The notes under the pieces were generated by a model. That model was not told where the DNA came from, did no database searches, and worked only from the letters and a program-made list of their open reading frames with translations. This document shows, piece after piece, positions 1 to 13,258 of a stretch of DNA of 64,000 nucleotides; position 1 is the stretch's first letter, and every line of letters begins with the position of its first letter. The DNA lies in contig NW_005434550.1 in NCBI RefSeq assembly GCF_000315625.1, forward strand, positions 62,001 through 126,000. Reading direction: 5' to 3'. The DNA comes from Guillardia theta CCMP2712 (Eukaryota > Protista > Cryptophyta). The position numbers and the translations under genes were made by a program.

Positions 1-2638
1 ATCCTCTTCTCCTCCTACCCCTGAGCCCGCAATGGAAAGGTCGACTTGAGAGGTTTGCGCGACTTCTTCTGCTCGCCTCAACTATGAAAGAGGTCATTAC
101 TACCCAAGCAAACGATACTCACATGAAGGGAAACCAACACTGCTGGGTCTTTCAAACCGTCCTCCTGGTTCACGGCACGCAGGGAAAGCCAACCAACTTC
201 TCCGTCAGGTCGCAGCTCGGACAACTTCAGCTCAGCTCGACTGGCAATGAGTTGACTGTGATTGGAACTTTTTCTCCAGCAGTTGATGAGCAGAGGAGGA
301 GCATGCAGCAGATCGACGGGGAGAAGGACGTCGAGTTGTAGAGCCTCTAGAAACACACAGGATCTTCCCTTCTTCTCGGTCGAACTCGCGGAAACTCCCG
401 CACAACTGATTGTGATGAAGGTCGAAGCGGGCAGGGATGCAGGATGATTGTCGTTCAACCCTCTTGTTGTGTAAAGTTTGCACAGCAAGTAATATTTGAC
501 TCGCGCTCGTGTGTATGAAGGCTCAATCCTATCGCGCTTCATGTCCACTTTTGACAACTCATCGAAGTTCACAGCAAATCGCAGCAGAACTCTCCCTGCT
601 CTCTGCGCTTGGAACCCTCCGAAATGATCTTCCTCGAGCTCCACCCATCGCGTATCTCGTGCTCTTGCTTCTTCATTTCTCAGCCTCAAGTAACAGAACC
701 TCTTGCCCTTGCAGGCGAGGCTGACAAACAGGTCGGGAAGACTGTTGAAACTGGCTGTCACCCTTGGGAATGCAAACACCCCTTTCAAACTCTCGTTCCA
801 CTCCACGGCGCTCGCAGTCGCTGACTTGGCCTTGGTGGTCATGATGTGGTTTCCGCAGCAAACTTCACAACTGACTGGCCCCGTCACGCTCACGTTCATT
901 GCTTCCAACACGTCAACGACACAGCCGTACTGGACCTCAAGGGGCTCTGAGATCTCAGGGTGCATTTTATGCTGCAGAGGAGCTATGTTGACAGCTGAGG
1001 GCTTGAGAGGCTGTGAGGAATCGACCTGATCGTCTAGGCAGAAGGACAGAAGGATGCGTCCTCTGTACGCGGACCCTTCAGTCTTCCCCTCGTTCATCTC
1101 GTCTGCCTTCCGTCGAAGAGAGCCAAAGGGTCCCGGCAAGGAAGGGAGGCTGTCTGTAGAGGTGGGAGCGCCATACAAGTTGTACCAGGAGGGCACACGA
1201 AACTCGCTGACTGCTTCTTGAAAGGCGGACAGATGGAAGAAAAGACAACCCACCATGTCGTCCTCGTCCGCCAGGTCGTGGTCCATGACCTGCAGCTCGA
1301 GGACATCACAGAAGGAAGGGTAGAGAGTTGGAATGATGAAAGAGTGGTTGAAGACAGGATCTCTGCTCTTCTTCACGCTTGTCTTGATCCATGCGCCTCC
1401 TCCTATGCGAGCTCGCACGTAGGCGTCAATCCCAGCGGTCTGATTCAGAGCTGTTCCGACCGTGAAGTCCATCTGGGGTAACCTGATCACGCTCAAGTCA
1501 ACGCGATGGTTGCGATACGTAAGGGTCAAGAAACTCACCCCTCGGCTCTATGCACGTTCACTCTCAGCCGTACTGCCTTCTGCCTCACACTCTCCGGCAA
1601 GATTCCGATGGAGGGGGGTTTGGAGGATTCGGGTTCAGAAGAAACATCGAAGAGGTTGTCGTGAATGCTGCAGGTCTCTCCTGGTCCTGACATGCTTATC
1701 GTGACTAGAAGCACTCCGCGAGCAGACCCGACGCTGCCTCGATCGAAAAGAGCCACCCATTCCCGTACGAGCTCATGTTTCTTGCAGGCGTAGATGAAGG
1801 AGAGAGAGACATCAAAACTGCCGATGAGTTCGGGTCGATGAAGGACCCCTTGGATCCCTTCCAAGACATCCTCACAGTCTAGGGTGATCTTCTTGTGGTG
1901 TAGGTCTACCGACTTGTCGATCGGACAGCTGAAGTTGAAGGTCTCGTTCCACAAGGCGCTTCCTCCGCTTCTGGGCGCGACTCTCGTGCGGGTCTGCATG
2001 TCATCACCGAGCCTGACCATGACCCTAGGCCTCACGGTCTTGTTGGCTCTCGTTGGCACGAGGTTGCTAGCCTGATGGATGGTGATGTAGATGAGGAACG
2101 GACCTGGTCGGAAGCTGCCAGGAATTTCCATCCTCAGGGTCTCATCCAGCGCCCCGACTTCAGGACTATCGTCAGTTCGAACTTCTTCCGATTCCTGCGG
2201 GTCTGGTGGGAATGGCGAGTCATGCTCAATGAAAGTCACAGTCAACTTGACGCTTCCAGCCTCTTCGTAACTTGCGTTTGGGGGCGCAACAAGCGGAAGT
2301 TGAAGCCGCTGTGAGGCCTCAAGGCAAGGATCGAGGCAGTAGGCAACAGATCCGACCTTCTTGTCTCGTCCTATCTTGCTCCATCCCTTGCTGTACACCT
2401 CTATGATGATGAAATCGCCTCTCTGCAGCCCAACGTCATCCCAGGACAGTTCTTCCTTCCAGGTGGCGTCAGACGTCGAGTCGACATGTTGCGTTCGCTT
2501 CTGCTCGCCCTTGAGAGTGGCTGTGAGGTAGGGAGAGGGCTTGCTCTTCATTCCCATGTGACTCTTACATGGAAAGTTCCTCCCCTCAGCCCTCGAGATC
2601 TTCACCCTCCCTCGCCGCTCTTCCACTCCTCCCTGCAT
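1..2638 (-). CDS. Ferlin-like multi-C2-domain protein (3' part runs off the window)
   Basis: ORFs 1535-2638 and 78-1538 join across a GT-AG intron to give VNVHRAEG|LPQMD. Several C2 domains are visible (KISRAEGRN..PSPY, ITIHQASNL, DVLELQVMDHD), plus the ferlin-like motifs PSWYNLYGAP and MNEGKTEGSAYRGRILLS. Confidence 0.8.
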
Positions 2639-2772
2639 CTTGTCAAACTGGTCAAAACATGACCTCCAGTGACAAGCTCAACTTTTTTAAATTTTATCAT
2701 TTACTCATCATCAAATCAATACAAACCGGCAGCCAGTACCGCACAGCACGGGCTTCAATCACAGTCACAAGT

Positions 2773-4765
2773 TCACTTGACTCTCTTGGCCTTTCGTCCG
2801 CTGATCCTCCACCGTCGTTCCGGTCTGGCTGCTCCTGCACCCGTCACTTGCTTCAGTTCCCACTCGCTCCGGCTACCTTCAGGTGAGGAGGCAGGGAGAC
2901 GGCGCTCGTCCTTAAGGTCGACTGAAACTGGCTCGAGCCATCCACCGAGCGACATTTTGAGAGCGACCTCCGGCTTTGACTCGTTCCTCTGCAGACTCCC
3001 CTTGAAGGGTGACACCTGATGAACAGGTTCACATGACCAGTTGCGACCGGTCAGACATGTGCCAACGGTTACCACCGGAACGACATCTCCCTTCGAGTCC
3101 TCCTGCATGGCACGTCAGTCGATGCCTCGCTCTGATTCGGTTCTTCACCTGCTCGTTGGATTGCACGAGTGCATCATAGGAGGCGAAATCTGAAGCGATA
3201 TGAACTGAAAGTAAGGGGAGTTCAAGTACCTGAGGAATTCGACCCTTGAGTGCTGCTGTCGTCATCCTTCTGAGCACGCTGTCTCTTGACAACTTTCTGG
3301 TATTCGGCGGCGAACTACGATGATTTTGTTTCAGCGCATGTGTGCAAGTTGAGAGCAGAGCTTCACCTCCAAGATTCTCAAGTGTACATCTCGCACGTCC
3401 TCGTTGTTCTCGAGGGTGGCGTCAGCGGAAGCGGCAAACATGAGAATGGTTAAAAGTTACCGCAGCACTGGCCGTGGGTTGAACTTCATTATCCTCATCC
3501 ACCACTTTCTTGGGTCTTCCATTGCCCCACCTGTAGGGAAACGATTGTCAGAGGCTTCGTTAGCGTATCTGATTTAGTCTACCACATCAGGCATGAGATT
3601 CGGCTCTTAACTACCACGAGCTCGCTGTCTGTCTTCTGATTTCCGACGGTCCTTCCAGTGAATTAGTGCCGAGAGCAATTCCACCCAACAGTCCGAACCA
3701 AGTCCAGAAGGCTCCATTGTACACAGATTCCAATTTGCAGTCTCGGACCTTGGTGCACCATGTTCATTCAATTACTCCTTTCAACCATCTTACCTCTGCT
3801 CTTGACTCGTCATTCAAGTCTACTGCAACTCTGACATGCCGTATGGCACATTCAGATATTGTCGAAACTGCTGAATTCCACAATGCCACAGCAACAAAAC
3901 TGCAATACTGTATCGTGCAACCCTAACGAACGAGGCGAGTCAAGCGTCGCAGAGAATGCTAACACAAGTTGAACCTTGATACAGCAATCTGCCCTGTCGG
4001 TGAGCCAGAATGCATCTCTGGCCTGGGCATCTCTTTCGCACTAGCATCCATTGTCAGTGTCTGCAACATTAAGAACTAATTTCAGGTAATTCATACCTCT
4101 CCCCCAACTGCACAAACCATAAAAGTTGAAACCGCTGCCTCCTCCATCCGAATAGCCGCCCCCATGATGTTCTTCAGCTCACAATTCTCAAATGTCCAGG
4201 GGCCTCCGCGAATGATCACAGTGTATCCGAATCGATCAAAGAGCTTCACAGCAAAAGCTGATCCAGTACTGTTGGTATCTAACTTCCATGTTCCTTCTCG
4301 TATAAAGGTCGGTCTCACGCAAGCAATATCGACCTTACATCTGAAGCGTAGAATTTTCTGCACTAGTTCGAAAAGACCGTCCGGTACTGATTCACAAATT
4401 TGGATAGAAATGCCCTTCGACGACAGATTGTTTTTTCGGATAAAATTCAGGGCAGATCTTATGTTCCTGAATTGTGATGGAATCGTCAGATTCAATTCAG
4501 CATGATTTCTATTTTCAGACTGAGTGTGCCGAACTTCAGATCCGCTCTGATTCGCTTGTGCCAGTAGGGGTTGCAAGGTTTCATTTCTGATGGTGTTTAC
4601 GCAAAGAGAGGACGATCTCACGGCATTTCCAGCTAACTTAAGTTCGTTCTCCATATGCGTGTGAGTCATTGCAGTACACAACACTTTATCACTTCCATCT
4701 TCCATGTTTGCCATTATCAGGAGGAACAAGAAGAAAGCTTTTACACGTAATTTGATGTCTGCCAT
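2773..4765 (-). CDS. Multi-exon protein with right-handed parallel beta-helix (pectin-lyase-like) repeats
   Basis: Exon peptides GGPWTFENCELK, GCTIQYCSFVAVALWNSAVSTISECAIRH and VRDCKLESVYNGAF show beta-helix periodicity. Exons are joined by short GT-AG introns; boundaries are approximate. Confidence 0.55.
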
Positions 4766-5440
4766 GAGATCGATCTGTCACTGTCAGATTCACTTCCTCA
4801 GCGCAGCTGCTCTCGTGCAAGAGCATAGTGAGAGTACGAAGACGTAGGCTAAGATTATATCTTCAGGGTGATCGCTGTGCGTGTCCGTTAATGTTTCTAG
4901 TGATCTCTGCATGCGGTCCGGAAAGTGAGTGCGAATGACGAGATACGCTCTCCTTGCTACTCTTCTTGACAATGAATCTCGATGAAGCTGCCTGTTCGAA
5001 GTGGAGGATCGCGTCCAATCACAACGTGCAGTGCAGTCTCAAGCATGGCTGTCTGTGCCTGACTGCAACTGTCTCGTGCCATTCCTCCCCCACTACCCGA
5101 GATTCAAGAGCATTGCCGAGAATCCTTTTGTATCAGATGTGTAACAAAATTTTCGACTAACGCTACAGTTCTGCAACATGGCCAGGAACGTTCAGGTGAG
5201 TAAAAGTAAATGTTAACCTCTTGGGGCAGTGAGGGACACCCTACCCTTCCAGGCTCTTTTATAAGGGCAGCAGCAGCTTCTACCGGTGTTGTACCTCTTC
5301 ACGCAGAAATGGCGAGGGGAGGGGAGTCATGGGAGGGGTTGTGATGCGTCAAGGTTGAGGCTGTATGCTCGTGTGAGGACCCGTCTCTGGCTCTCAATTC
5401 AGGTCCACGGGTTGGAAGCGTCAAGATTTGAATGCTGGCA

Positions 5441-7095
5441 ATGAAGAGTCACGCTGTTGCTGTTTCACTGCTCCTTGCGATCTTCTATGTACTTCCCTGC
5501 ACGACGCAGGTTCCATACATTCAAGGGAGTTGGATAATTACCTACAAGGTTCACACTCAAAGTTCCTCTCTTCTTGTTACATGATGACTGTTTTGAATCA
5601 GTTTGTGGAGTTGAAGGGAGATCGTACGGTCAAGAATGCATGCAGGGGCCCGTAATAGTCTCTATCGCTCGCTGTATGATTACTGAATTGTCTTGTAAGA
5701 TTTCCATACTATTACACGTGGACCTTTGATATTTGTCAGAGCCCGGGGAGTGCGGTATGTTTGTTGCAATTGGTTAGGGAAGCTCCTTTCTAAGATTGTT
5801 GGGACGCGACAGAATTACATTGCAGTGATCAACGGAGCGGAGGTGGCTACTCCAAGATACCGCAAGTTGGTGATGACACCTTCTTAAATTTGATTGCTCC
5901 ATTCTGACGCTCTTTTGAAAGATCCAAGCTACTCCAGATGCTATTTCGCAAAACTGTAAATACAGTCCAACGACCTACGGCCCTGCTGGTGTCACCCAGG
6001 TCTTGAATACGCAGGGACTTTTGCTCTAGACATGCTAAATTTCTTACAAGGATTGGGCTCTCAAATCTGCCCCAGGATATCCAAGCGATAACAGCTGGCA
6101 AAACTGGAGGCAAGAATTAATGCTGGCATATTGTGATTTACATTTTGTGAATTAGACCTCGAGATGTAAATGGGAAAGAGACCGAACCGATTACCTTCTC
6201 CAATTTTCAATTGCCCACACAAAGCCCGTTTCTTTGGGGAGACGTTTGCCACCAATATGATTGGCAGGTACCATTTAACAACGTAACAGAAAACATTTCC
6301 TCACTTGAAATTCAGGATACTGTGAGCAATAGTGCTGGAATATCGTCATTCTACAGAAATGCATGGCGGCATGAAAACGATACATGGATTTTTATTCAAG
6401 ATGCGTGCAACTGTAAGGGTGGAAATGCAGGTCAAATATCTTCTGCAAGTTGTTGTGTTGCATAGCAATAGTATTGATATGTATGTACAGGGGCACTGCA
6501 ACGAATATGCGCTCTGACAAGTCAAGGTGGATGCAACGAAAAGGTGGTCTTGAAGCATTTAATTCTCAATGTACTGAAGCATGTGAAGGTGGGCACCATC
6601 ACATACATCAGCAATCCAACGTGTGTCGAAAAAGAAGGAATCTCAATCAATGAGTGTCCATACTCAATTGCAGGTCTGTAGATTGTTACACTTGTTTGGG
6701 ACATAGTGATTGCAAAACGCAGGAGTATCAGGAGGCCCAGTTATCTACCCAACATCTGTAACTGGCTTACCGGAAATTGAAGGGAGACCCGCGGTAATGC
6801 TTTGCTACAGAGAAATGCTCGGAGGTATATCAGGCTAATGCGAATCATCAGGTTTGTTTTATGTACAGTCAAGTATCTGGTGTACAGACAAAAACTGGTA
6901 ACGAAGTTCAAAGCTCATGCAACTTGATCACCCGTGGTAAGTGCCTTAGATGCTCAGATGTCAGGTTTTCTGACTGCTGTATGAATAGGATCAGCTGCTA
7001 GCTCTTCACCTTCTAAGCATCATTCATCGAGATTCCCACTCACATTATGTACTCTATCGGTTCTCACTGTTCTTGTCTGGTATGCTGCGAACTAA
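5441..7095 (+). CDS. Secreted Cys-rich protein with a probable GPI-anchor signal, many small exons
   Basis: First exon MKSHAVAVSLLLAIFYVLPCTTQ is a signal peptide. Internal exons are Cys-rich (WIFIQDACNCKGGNA). Last exon GSAASSSPSKHHSSRFPLTLCTLSVLTVLVWYAAN* has a small-residue omega site and a hydrophobic tail. Confidence 0.6.
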
Positions 7096-7116
7096 TGATC
7101 GCGTGCAAACAATCAA

Positions 7117-7763
7117 GTAAAGTTCGCACGTTCACAATCATCCAACTGTTGATAACTCGTATCCTTGAAATAGCAATAAAACTAAAATCGGCTGCTTGTA
7201 CCCATGTAACTGCTTGGCCTTTTTATCGCCTTCGAAGACCGTGCAAAACTAGATGGCAGCAAGTAAAACTGATCTGTTCCACTTCCAGCTCCCGTAGGCC
7301 ATTTATCTAGACGCCCCTGCTTACAAACGAGTGTGAGTTTCTCAGTTTTAGATCATGTCCACGAGTACATAATCAAGATTACCTTGCTCCTATGAAATGA
7401 ACCGTCCGAACCAACCACAGGTCCCACAGTTCGTTTGTGATTAGGCCAGGTTCTTATGTCCCTCAACATCGCATTTTGACCTGCAAGCTGAGTGAAGTGG
7501 GATTTATCACCAATGCCTGCTAGTCCTCCGCTGACTGTGAAACGTTTTGATGAACCCATCACACCAGAGTACGTACAACCAGGATTTTTCCCTCTTATAT
7601 GTCCAGCAGCAGCGTCATCAAAACAAGATTTCATGGTGTAGAATTTGCCTGCACCTTCTCCAGTGAGGTAAAATGGAAGGACAGAGCATGTTGGCTGCGG
7701 CTGAGAAGACAGTTGCCGTCTGCCGTGCATTGCCTTCGCGGAGGCGGAAGTTGCGGTCGACAT
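7117..7763 (-). CDS. Small hypothetical protein, weakly ODF3/SHIPPO-like
   Basis: 136-aa ORF ending at a GT donor, followed by exon GRLDKWPTGAGSGTDQFYLLPSSF. The 3' end is uncertain. Confidence 0.4.
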
Positions 7764-7831
7764 GAGTCAATAGTGAGTTAAAAATCATTACGAGGACCGT
7801 ACAATCGTAGAGGAGCCTTGTGATTTACAAA

Positions 7832-8180
7832 TCTTTACTCAAAGTTAAGTTAAAGATTGTGAGTAATCACTGTCTCTTAATGGCTCGGAGGGCCGGGAGT
7901 CCGCCGCCGGCGGGCCCGGCCGGGCCATCATGGCATCTTGGCGTCGGCCCGGCCAAGATGAACCTCTTTCACTCAACTACCATCCCGGATCATCCACTGG
8001 GCCTGTCAAGTTTGCGGGGCGACTGACTCTCACAATTCGAGGTGCGCGGCCCGCGGCCGCTCACTCGCCGACTCAGCGAGTCGCCAGCCAGTGACGGGTC
8101 CAACTGGCCGGGCATTGTGACTCGAGACAGCCGGCGCCTCGCGGGGGGCGGGCCTACTCACTGAGTCAGTGCGCCCGGTG
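7832..8180. other. GC-rich GGCC/CCGG intergenic island A
   Basis: Dense GGCC/CCGG/GCGC sites and TGACTC/TGAGTC motifs; hairpin CATCTTGGC..GCCAAGATG; preceded by TCTTTACTCAAAGTTAAGTTAAAG. Confidence 0.6.
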
Positions 8181-8309
8181 GGGCGAGTATGCGTTTGGCG
8201 TCAACGGAACCAAGGGAGTGAAGGGAGGCAGTAGGCAGTGGTATGGCATCGCCGTGACGGGAACAGACGAGAGTCGAAGCCTGGGGCGCACGTTTCTGGA
8301 GGACCGCAA

Positions 8310-9991
8310 TGACAACGATGGTAGTGTATTGCTGATGCGGTTGTAGTGAACTTCTTCTCAACTGGTGCCACAGGATCAGTCAGGAGAAGTCAAGCTTGCA
8401 ACAGCTGGGGCGTCACCAACGATATCTCGAACCAAAGCATTGTTCCAGAAGGCAGGGAGAAAGGCGGCGTTCACCTACAAAGTCTCATTCTTGTTCGGCA
8501 GCGCAGTATGCTCGTAGACTGTATCTCTCCTGCAAGATTCTAACGAGAATATCAGGAATCGAAAGAGAAATTCATAAAATTTGTCAAGAAGGGAAGAGAA
8601 TACAGTATGGCTCTGCTTGTTTTGCAATGCTGTTGACAACCTGACTGAAGTCAAATCGACACAGGGTTTCGAACAGATATTGATGCCTTGCTCCCTTGGG
8701 TAAGAACTATTGCGCTTTTGAAAGTTCTTTAAGACCAACCAATCAGGTTCATCGGATCAAGTTTTTCAGTCGATTTAGTGAAGAACAAACAAAACAACTA
8801 CTGATGATTGCACGATACAAAGTGTTTAGACGAGACGACATCGTTTTCAGTCAGCAGGATGAGCCTGATGCTGTTTACATCTTACTCTCAGGGAAGTGCA
8901 ATCTCATGCGAACACATGGAGAAGGGGAGTCATCTCTGTTTTCAGTCGCAGTCGAGATGGAGACAGTAGGAGACTCTCTTCACTTGGATGAGAATTGCTT
9001 AAGATCCGTGACAGCTGTTATCCAATCTGAAACAGCAGAGAGCATCTACTTTCAGAGAACAGAGCTTGATGAACTGATCATACGATGGAATCTAGAAGAA
9101 GAGAAAAAGAAATTTGAGTTTCTCAAATCCAAAATTTCGTTACTTCAGTGCATTTCTCACGAATCATTGAAAAAGATTCTCATTTGCTTTGAAAAATTGC
9201 AATACAAAGAGGGGTCGATTGTTTACAAACAGCAAGATGAGGCTAAAAGGCTGTTTTTTGTCTGGGAAGGGGAACTCGAAATTGTGAAGCGGCTCGACCT
9301 TGTGAAATATGGACAAGCGAGTACATCTGAAAATGATTCATTATCTTCCACTCTTTCACCAAGTGTTCTAAAATCCAAGGCTCAGAGAACAATTGTCGCA
9401 CAGACATGTAAATACTTTGAGATCGGAAGGGTGAAAAGTGGGGAATACTTTGGGGAAGTAGAAATCTTTAATGATGTAACTCGCACATGCACAGTTATAG
9501 CTTCAACGCACTGCAAGTTGTTGGGAATAACAAAACAGAATCTGATTGAAATGATACCAATACCTGTCCAGGAAAATATATTCCGATATTCCACGACAAG
9601 GCAATATTGGAGATCGATGCGGATCATGAAGGTCATTGAAGGACTTGCTTGTATCAACTGGAGCTTGGAGCGTGACAAGAGCACCGTGCTCGAGCCTGAG
9701 TTGAAGGCTCCAGCCAAATTGCGTTCTATCCTTCCCCTCACCCACAACATAATGATGAACAACCCCTGGCTTGGGGTGCACACTTCTCTTTCTGAAGACG
9801 AAGCGTCAAGATGGGCTCTGTTCAATCATGGGAAATGGTGCAGAACATTTGAAAGGACAGAGAGAAAAAGTCAAGAGGAACAGAGTCCTCCGAACAAGCG
9901 CGAGGCAGAAAAACAAACCGAGTCCCAAAGGAAGGAAAGTGTGATATATTCATTCTTCTCACCCTCTAGTCATATATTTACACTGCAATAA
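8310..9991 (+). CDS. Cyclic nucleotide-binding domain protein (two cNMP domains)
   Basis: VFSQQDEPDAVYILLSG and VYKQQDEAKRLFFVWEG..GEYFGEVEIF..TRTCTVIA match the CAP/cNMP fold. 5' exons are approximate. Confidence 0.8.
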
Positions 9992-10024
9992 AGCTTTATT
10001 CCAGCTAATCTCCATCAGCTCGTC

Positions 10025-12684
10025 TCATCTCGAAGAGAGTTTTGTAGATCGAGCGGTTTGCGAATACTGATACAATTTTCGATCTAGAGAATTGACTGAA
10101 CGTCTACCAGAAGTCTGGTGCTCTCCGATGTCGTCACCGTTTATATGCCCCATGCTTGTCTTGACTCTCCTCGTCATTTCTTTGTTCTCCATTTTTCGAT
10201 CCACTGCCTTCACTCTTGCAGCTTCTTCTAGGGCATTCATGAGAGAATTGACTTGTGTTTCCAGCTCTTTGATTCTCTTCATGTCCTCTTGACGAGGCCG
10301 TGTCAAGCTTTCTTCGGCTAGCTCGAGCCGTTTGGCAAGAGACAAGCATTTTGTCTGCCAATCCGATTTAAATTTCTGAATTTCTTCATTGTAAGTCTTG
10401 TCATGGTCTTTCAGCTTCTTTTTCAATTCCAAATTTTCTTCCTTCATTTGCTCCAGCTGCTCTCTTAACAAATCTGAACCATTTTGGCCAATACCATTGT
10501 GTTCTTTATCAATTGATGAATCATCTTTTCCTGTCTTGACTGTCGAAGAGGTGTGCAAGAGGAAGCCTTCTGTCTCCTTCAGTTCTGAATTTTGAGGTTC
10601 TGCAATCTGCCGTTGGATTTTCCTGCCAGTCTCATTGACTGATTCCTTCAAGTAGATCTCTCCTGACGTCTGGCTTTCTCTGTCAAAACTCTGGCAATCA
10701 GCCAGATGGTATCCAACTTCTGCCTTAGCCCCAGAAAACTTATTTGCTTTGCCATTTTCGGTTTGAACAAATTTTTCCTCGTGAATCACTGAAACTTTGT
10801 GTCCAGTGAAATGTGCTGTCGTGGTATCCAGAACCTCTGTCTGAACTGCTTTTTCTTCCTGGATTCCTTTTGTATTTCCTTTAAAATTTTCTGCTGTATT
10901 CATGGTCACAATTTGTTCTGATTTGCCTGTTTCCCCATCTGTTTGAGTCGATTTCGTTACAACAGGTACTGACATACTTTTCTTCTCCATAGCATTGCTC
11001 AACTTTGAAATTACATTGCTTCTGATTGATGACTTGTAATATTTGCCGTCAAAGGCGCCACGTCCAATGTCTTTCAGCGTCATCCAGACATTTGATTCGA
11101 TGCTCAGATCGTCTCCCAACTCTTCTAGCGAACCTGTGAGGTCAATGTCTGCTTCTCTTCCTGTTTCAAGGCAATTTAAGTCATGAATCCAAGTTTTCAA
11201 ATCTTTCTGAACATTGCCTAGCTGCGTTGTGATGCTGGCTTTTTCTTCAGCGAACGAATCTAATTCTTGTTGAATTTGCGTCATGGATTGCGTATGACTC
11301 AGCATTCTGGCTTTCATCTGCGCTAATTCTTCAGACGATTTTTCTTCTTTCACACGGAGATTGGAAATTTCATTTTCCAGAAGTGACATCCTAGATTTGT
11401 TCTCTCTGTCTTGATCTTGCATTTCAGAAACTTTAGATTGAAGCTGGGATGCCGCTATTTGTAATTCTGTTATGAGCTGATCATTATGTGCCTTGAGTTC
11501 ATCTCTTTCTTGTGTAATTTCAATGAGTTCATTTCTTAAATTTTCCATTACTTTTGTCATGGATTTCGATTTTTCTTTCAATTTTTCTCGCTCAGCATCA
11601 ATTTCATCCTCCCTTGTCTTCAAATCGTTCATGTAAGTTTCCAATTCAGTCTCATGCTTCTCTTCAAGGGTTTGCAATTCTTCCTTCAGAATCTTATTAT
11701 CATCCTGCAGGGACTTCAACGACCTCTCTGTCGACCGCTTTTGTTTCAATAGATTTGTCTTCTCTACTTTCAGCTCTTTCATCTGCGATTTGAGATCTTC
11801 AATCTCTGTTTCCATTTTTGACAAAGACATCTTTTTATCCATGAGGCAGAATTTGATTTTCTCATCTGCCTCTTTCAACTTGAATTTCAGGCTTTGTGTC
11901 TCGCGATCTGATGCACTCTGAAGTTCGGCAATTTTATTCTTCATGGCCTCCATTTCTTCAACATTCTAGAAAGATCATAGTGAGTTGTTTAACATCAACA
12001 GGTCGACCAGACACACCTTTCTTTCAAGGCCGGATTTAAGTTGAAGCATTTTGGCTGCAACATCCATTTCCATGGCTGTTCTGCAAACCTCCAGTTTCTT
12101 TCTGTTTTCTTCTCTCTCAAAGTTGAGTTTTCTTTTATCATCAATTCTCATTTCATAGAGAATATGATCCATCTCGGAACGCATTGTTTCTAATAGATTC
12201 TGTGCGAATTTTTTCTCTGCATCTCTTCTTGTTTGTATTCCGTCACGTACTATCCCTTCAAAAATGTCCAAGAAGTCAGACAGGTACTTGATACACTGTC
12301 GTTTATTTGCATCTGCGCTGAGAATGTTCTTCTGAGTTTCATTCTTCTGGCCAACAAGTTGCTCGAACATCTGACGTTCATGGTCAGATTTCAATTTCTC
12401 ATATTCTTCAGAGATAGATTGCAACTTGCTGATCACAGGCTGGAAATGAAGGTCCTTGATGGCAAGCTCGTTCTGTGCTCTGAAACCCCATTGCTCCACG
12501 TTGGAGAAAACACCTTTCATGCTCGCCATGCTGTCTTGCGCTCCCCTCCCTTCAAGCCGGCGATCTTATTGCTTCAAGTATCTTCAGAGCCTAAGGGCTC
12601 TCAAGCCGTGTAATCTCCTTCGCTTCTTTGCATGCCACCGCTGCTGACGATAGCCATGGCAGCCATCGCAGCCATCGAAGCCAT
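10025..12684 (-). CDS. Large coiled-coil protein
   Basis: ORFs 10025-11953 and 11975-12529 are K/E/L/Q-rich heptad sequence joined by a short intron. Start is uncertain. Confidence 0.7.
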
Positions 12685-13258
12685 TGTTATCGTTGCAGGT
12701 CCTGCCGTTGCCTCAACCTATCGAGTGGTATCAAGACATCGCAATCGAGATCGCCTCAGAGTTGACTCTAAAGACTTTCGGGGACAGAAGTATTTACTAG
12801 GAGTACCTATTAAACATTCGTGTCCATGGCAGCACGGCGTTTCCGCGCGGGTCACTCGCCCTGCCGAGGCCCCCTGCCTCCGAGGGCTCGCAACGGGCAT
12901 TCATGTGCCGGCATCGGTCCGTGCAGCCATGCGCGCGTGAAGGAATGCTGGCAAGAAGAGGAGCAGGAGATATGTGTAGGCCTCCCTTGCTCAGAGGGAT
13001 AGATCGGCGACTTGAGACAGCTTGAGGACAAAGAGGATCGAGCTCTGAGCATTCCTTGCTGTTTCTTTAAAATGTTTTCCTGCCAGCGTTTGTTTGCAAG
13101 TGTCTGACTCAGATCTGCTAGCCTGCCTTTTTGCAAGCATGTACTCCTACAATCAGATCAACTTGAAGAACACCAGCTTCTCGCACATGCCAAATGCAAG
13201 GTAAACTTTCTCTCTGAAACACTGATGACTTTGAACTCATCATACTTTCCTTTCAGAA

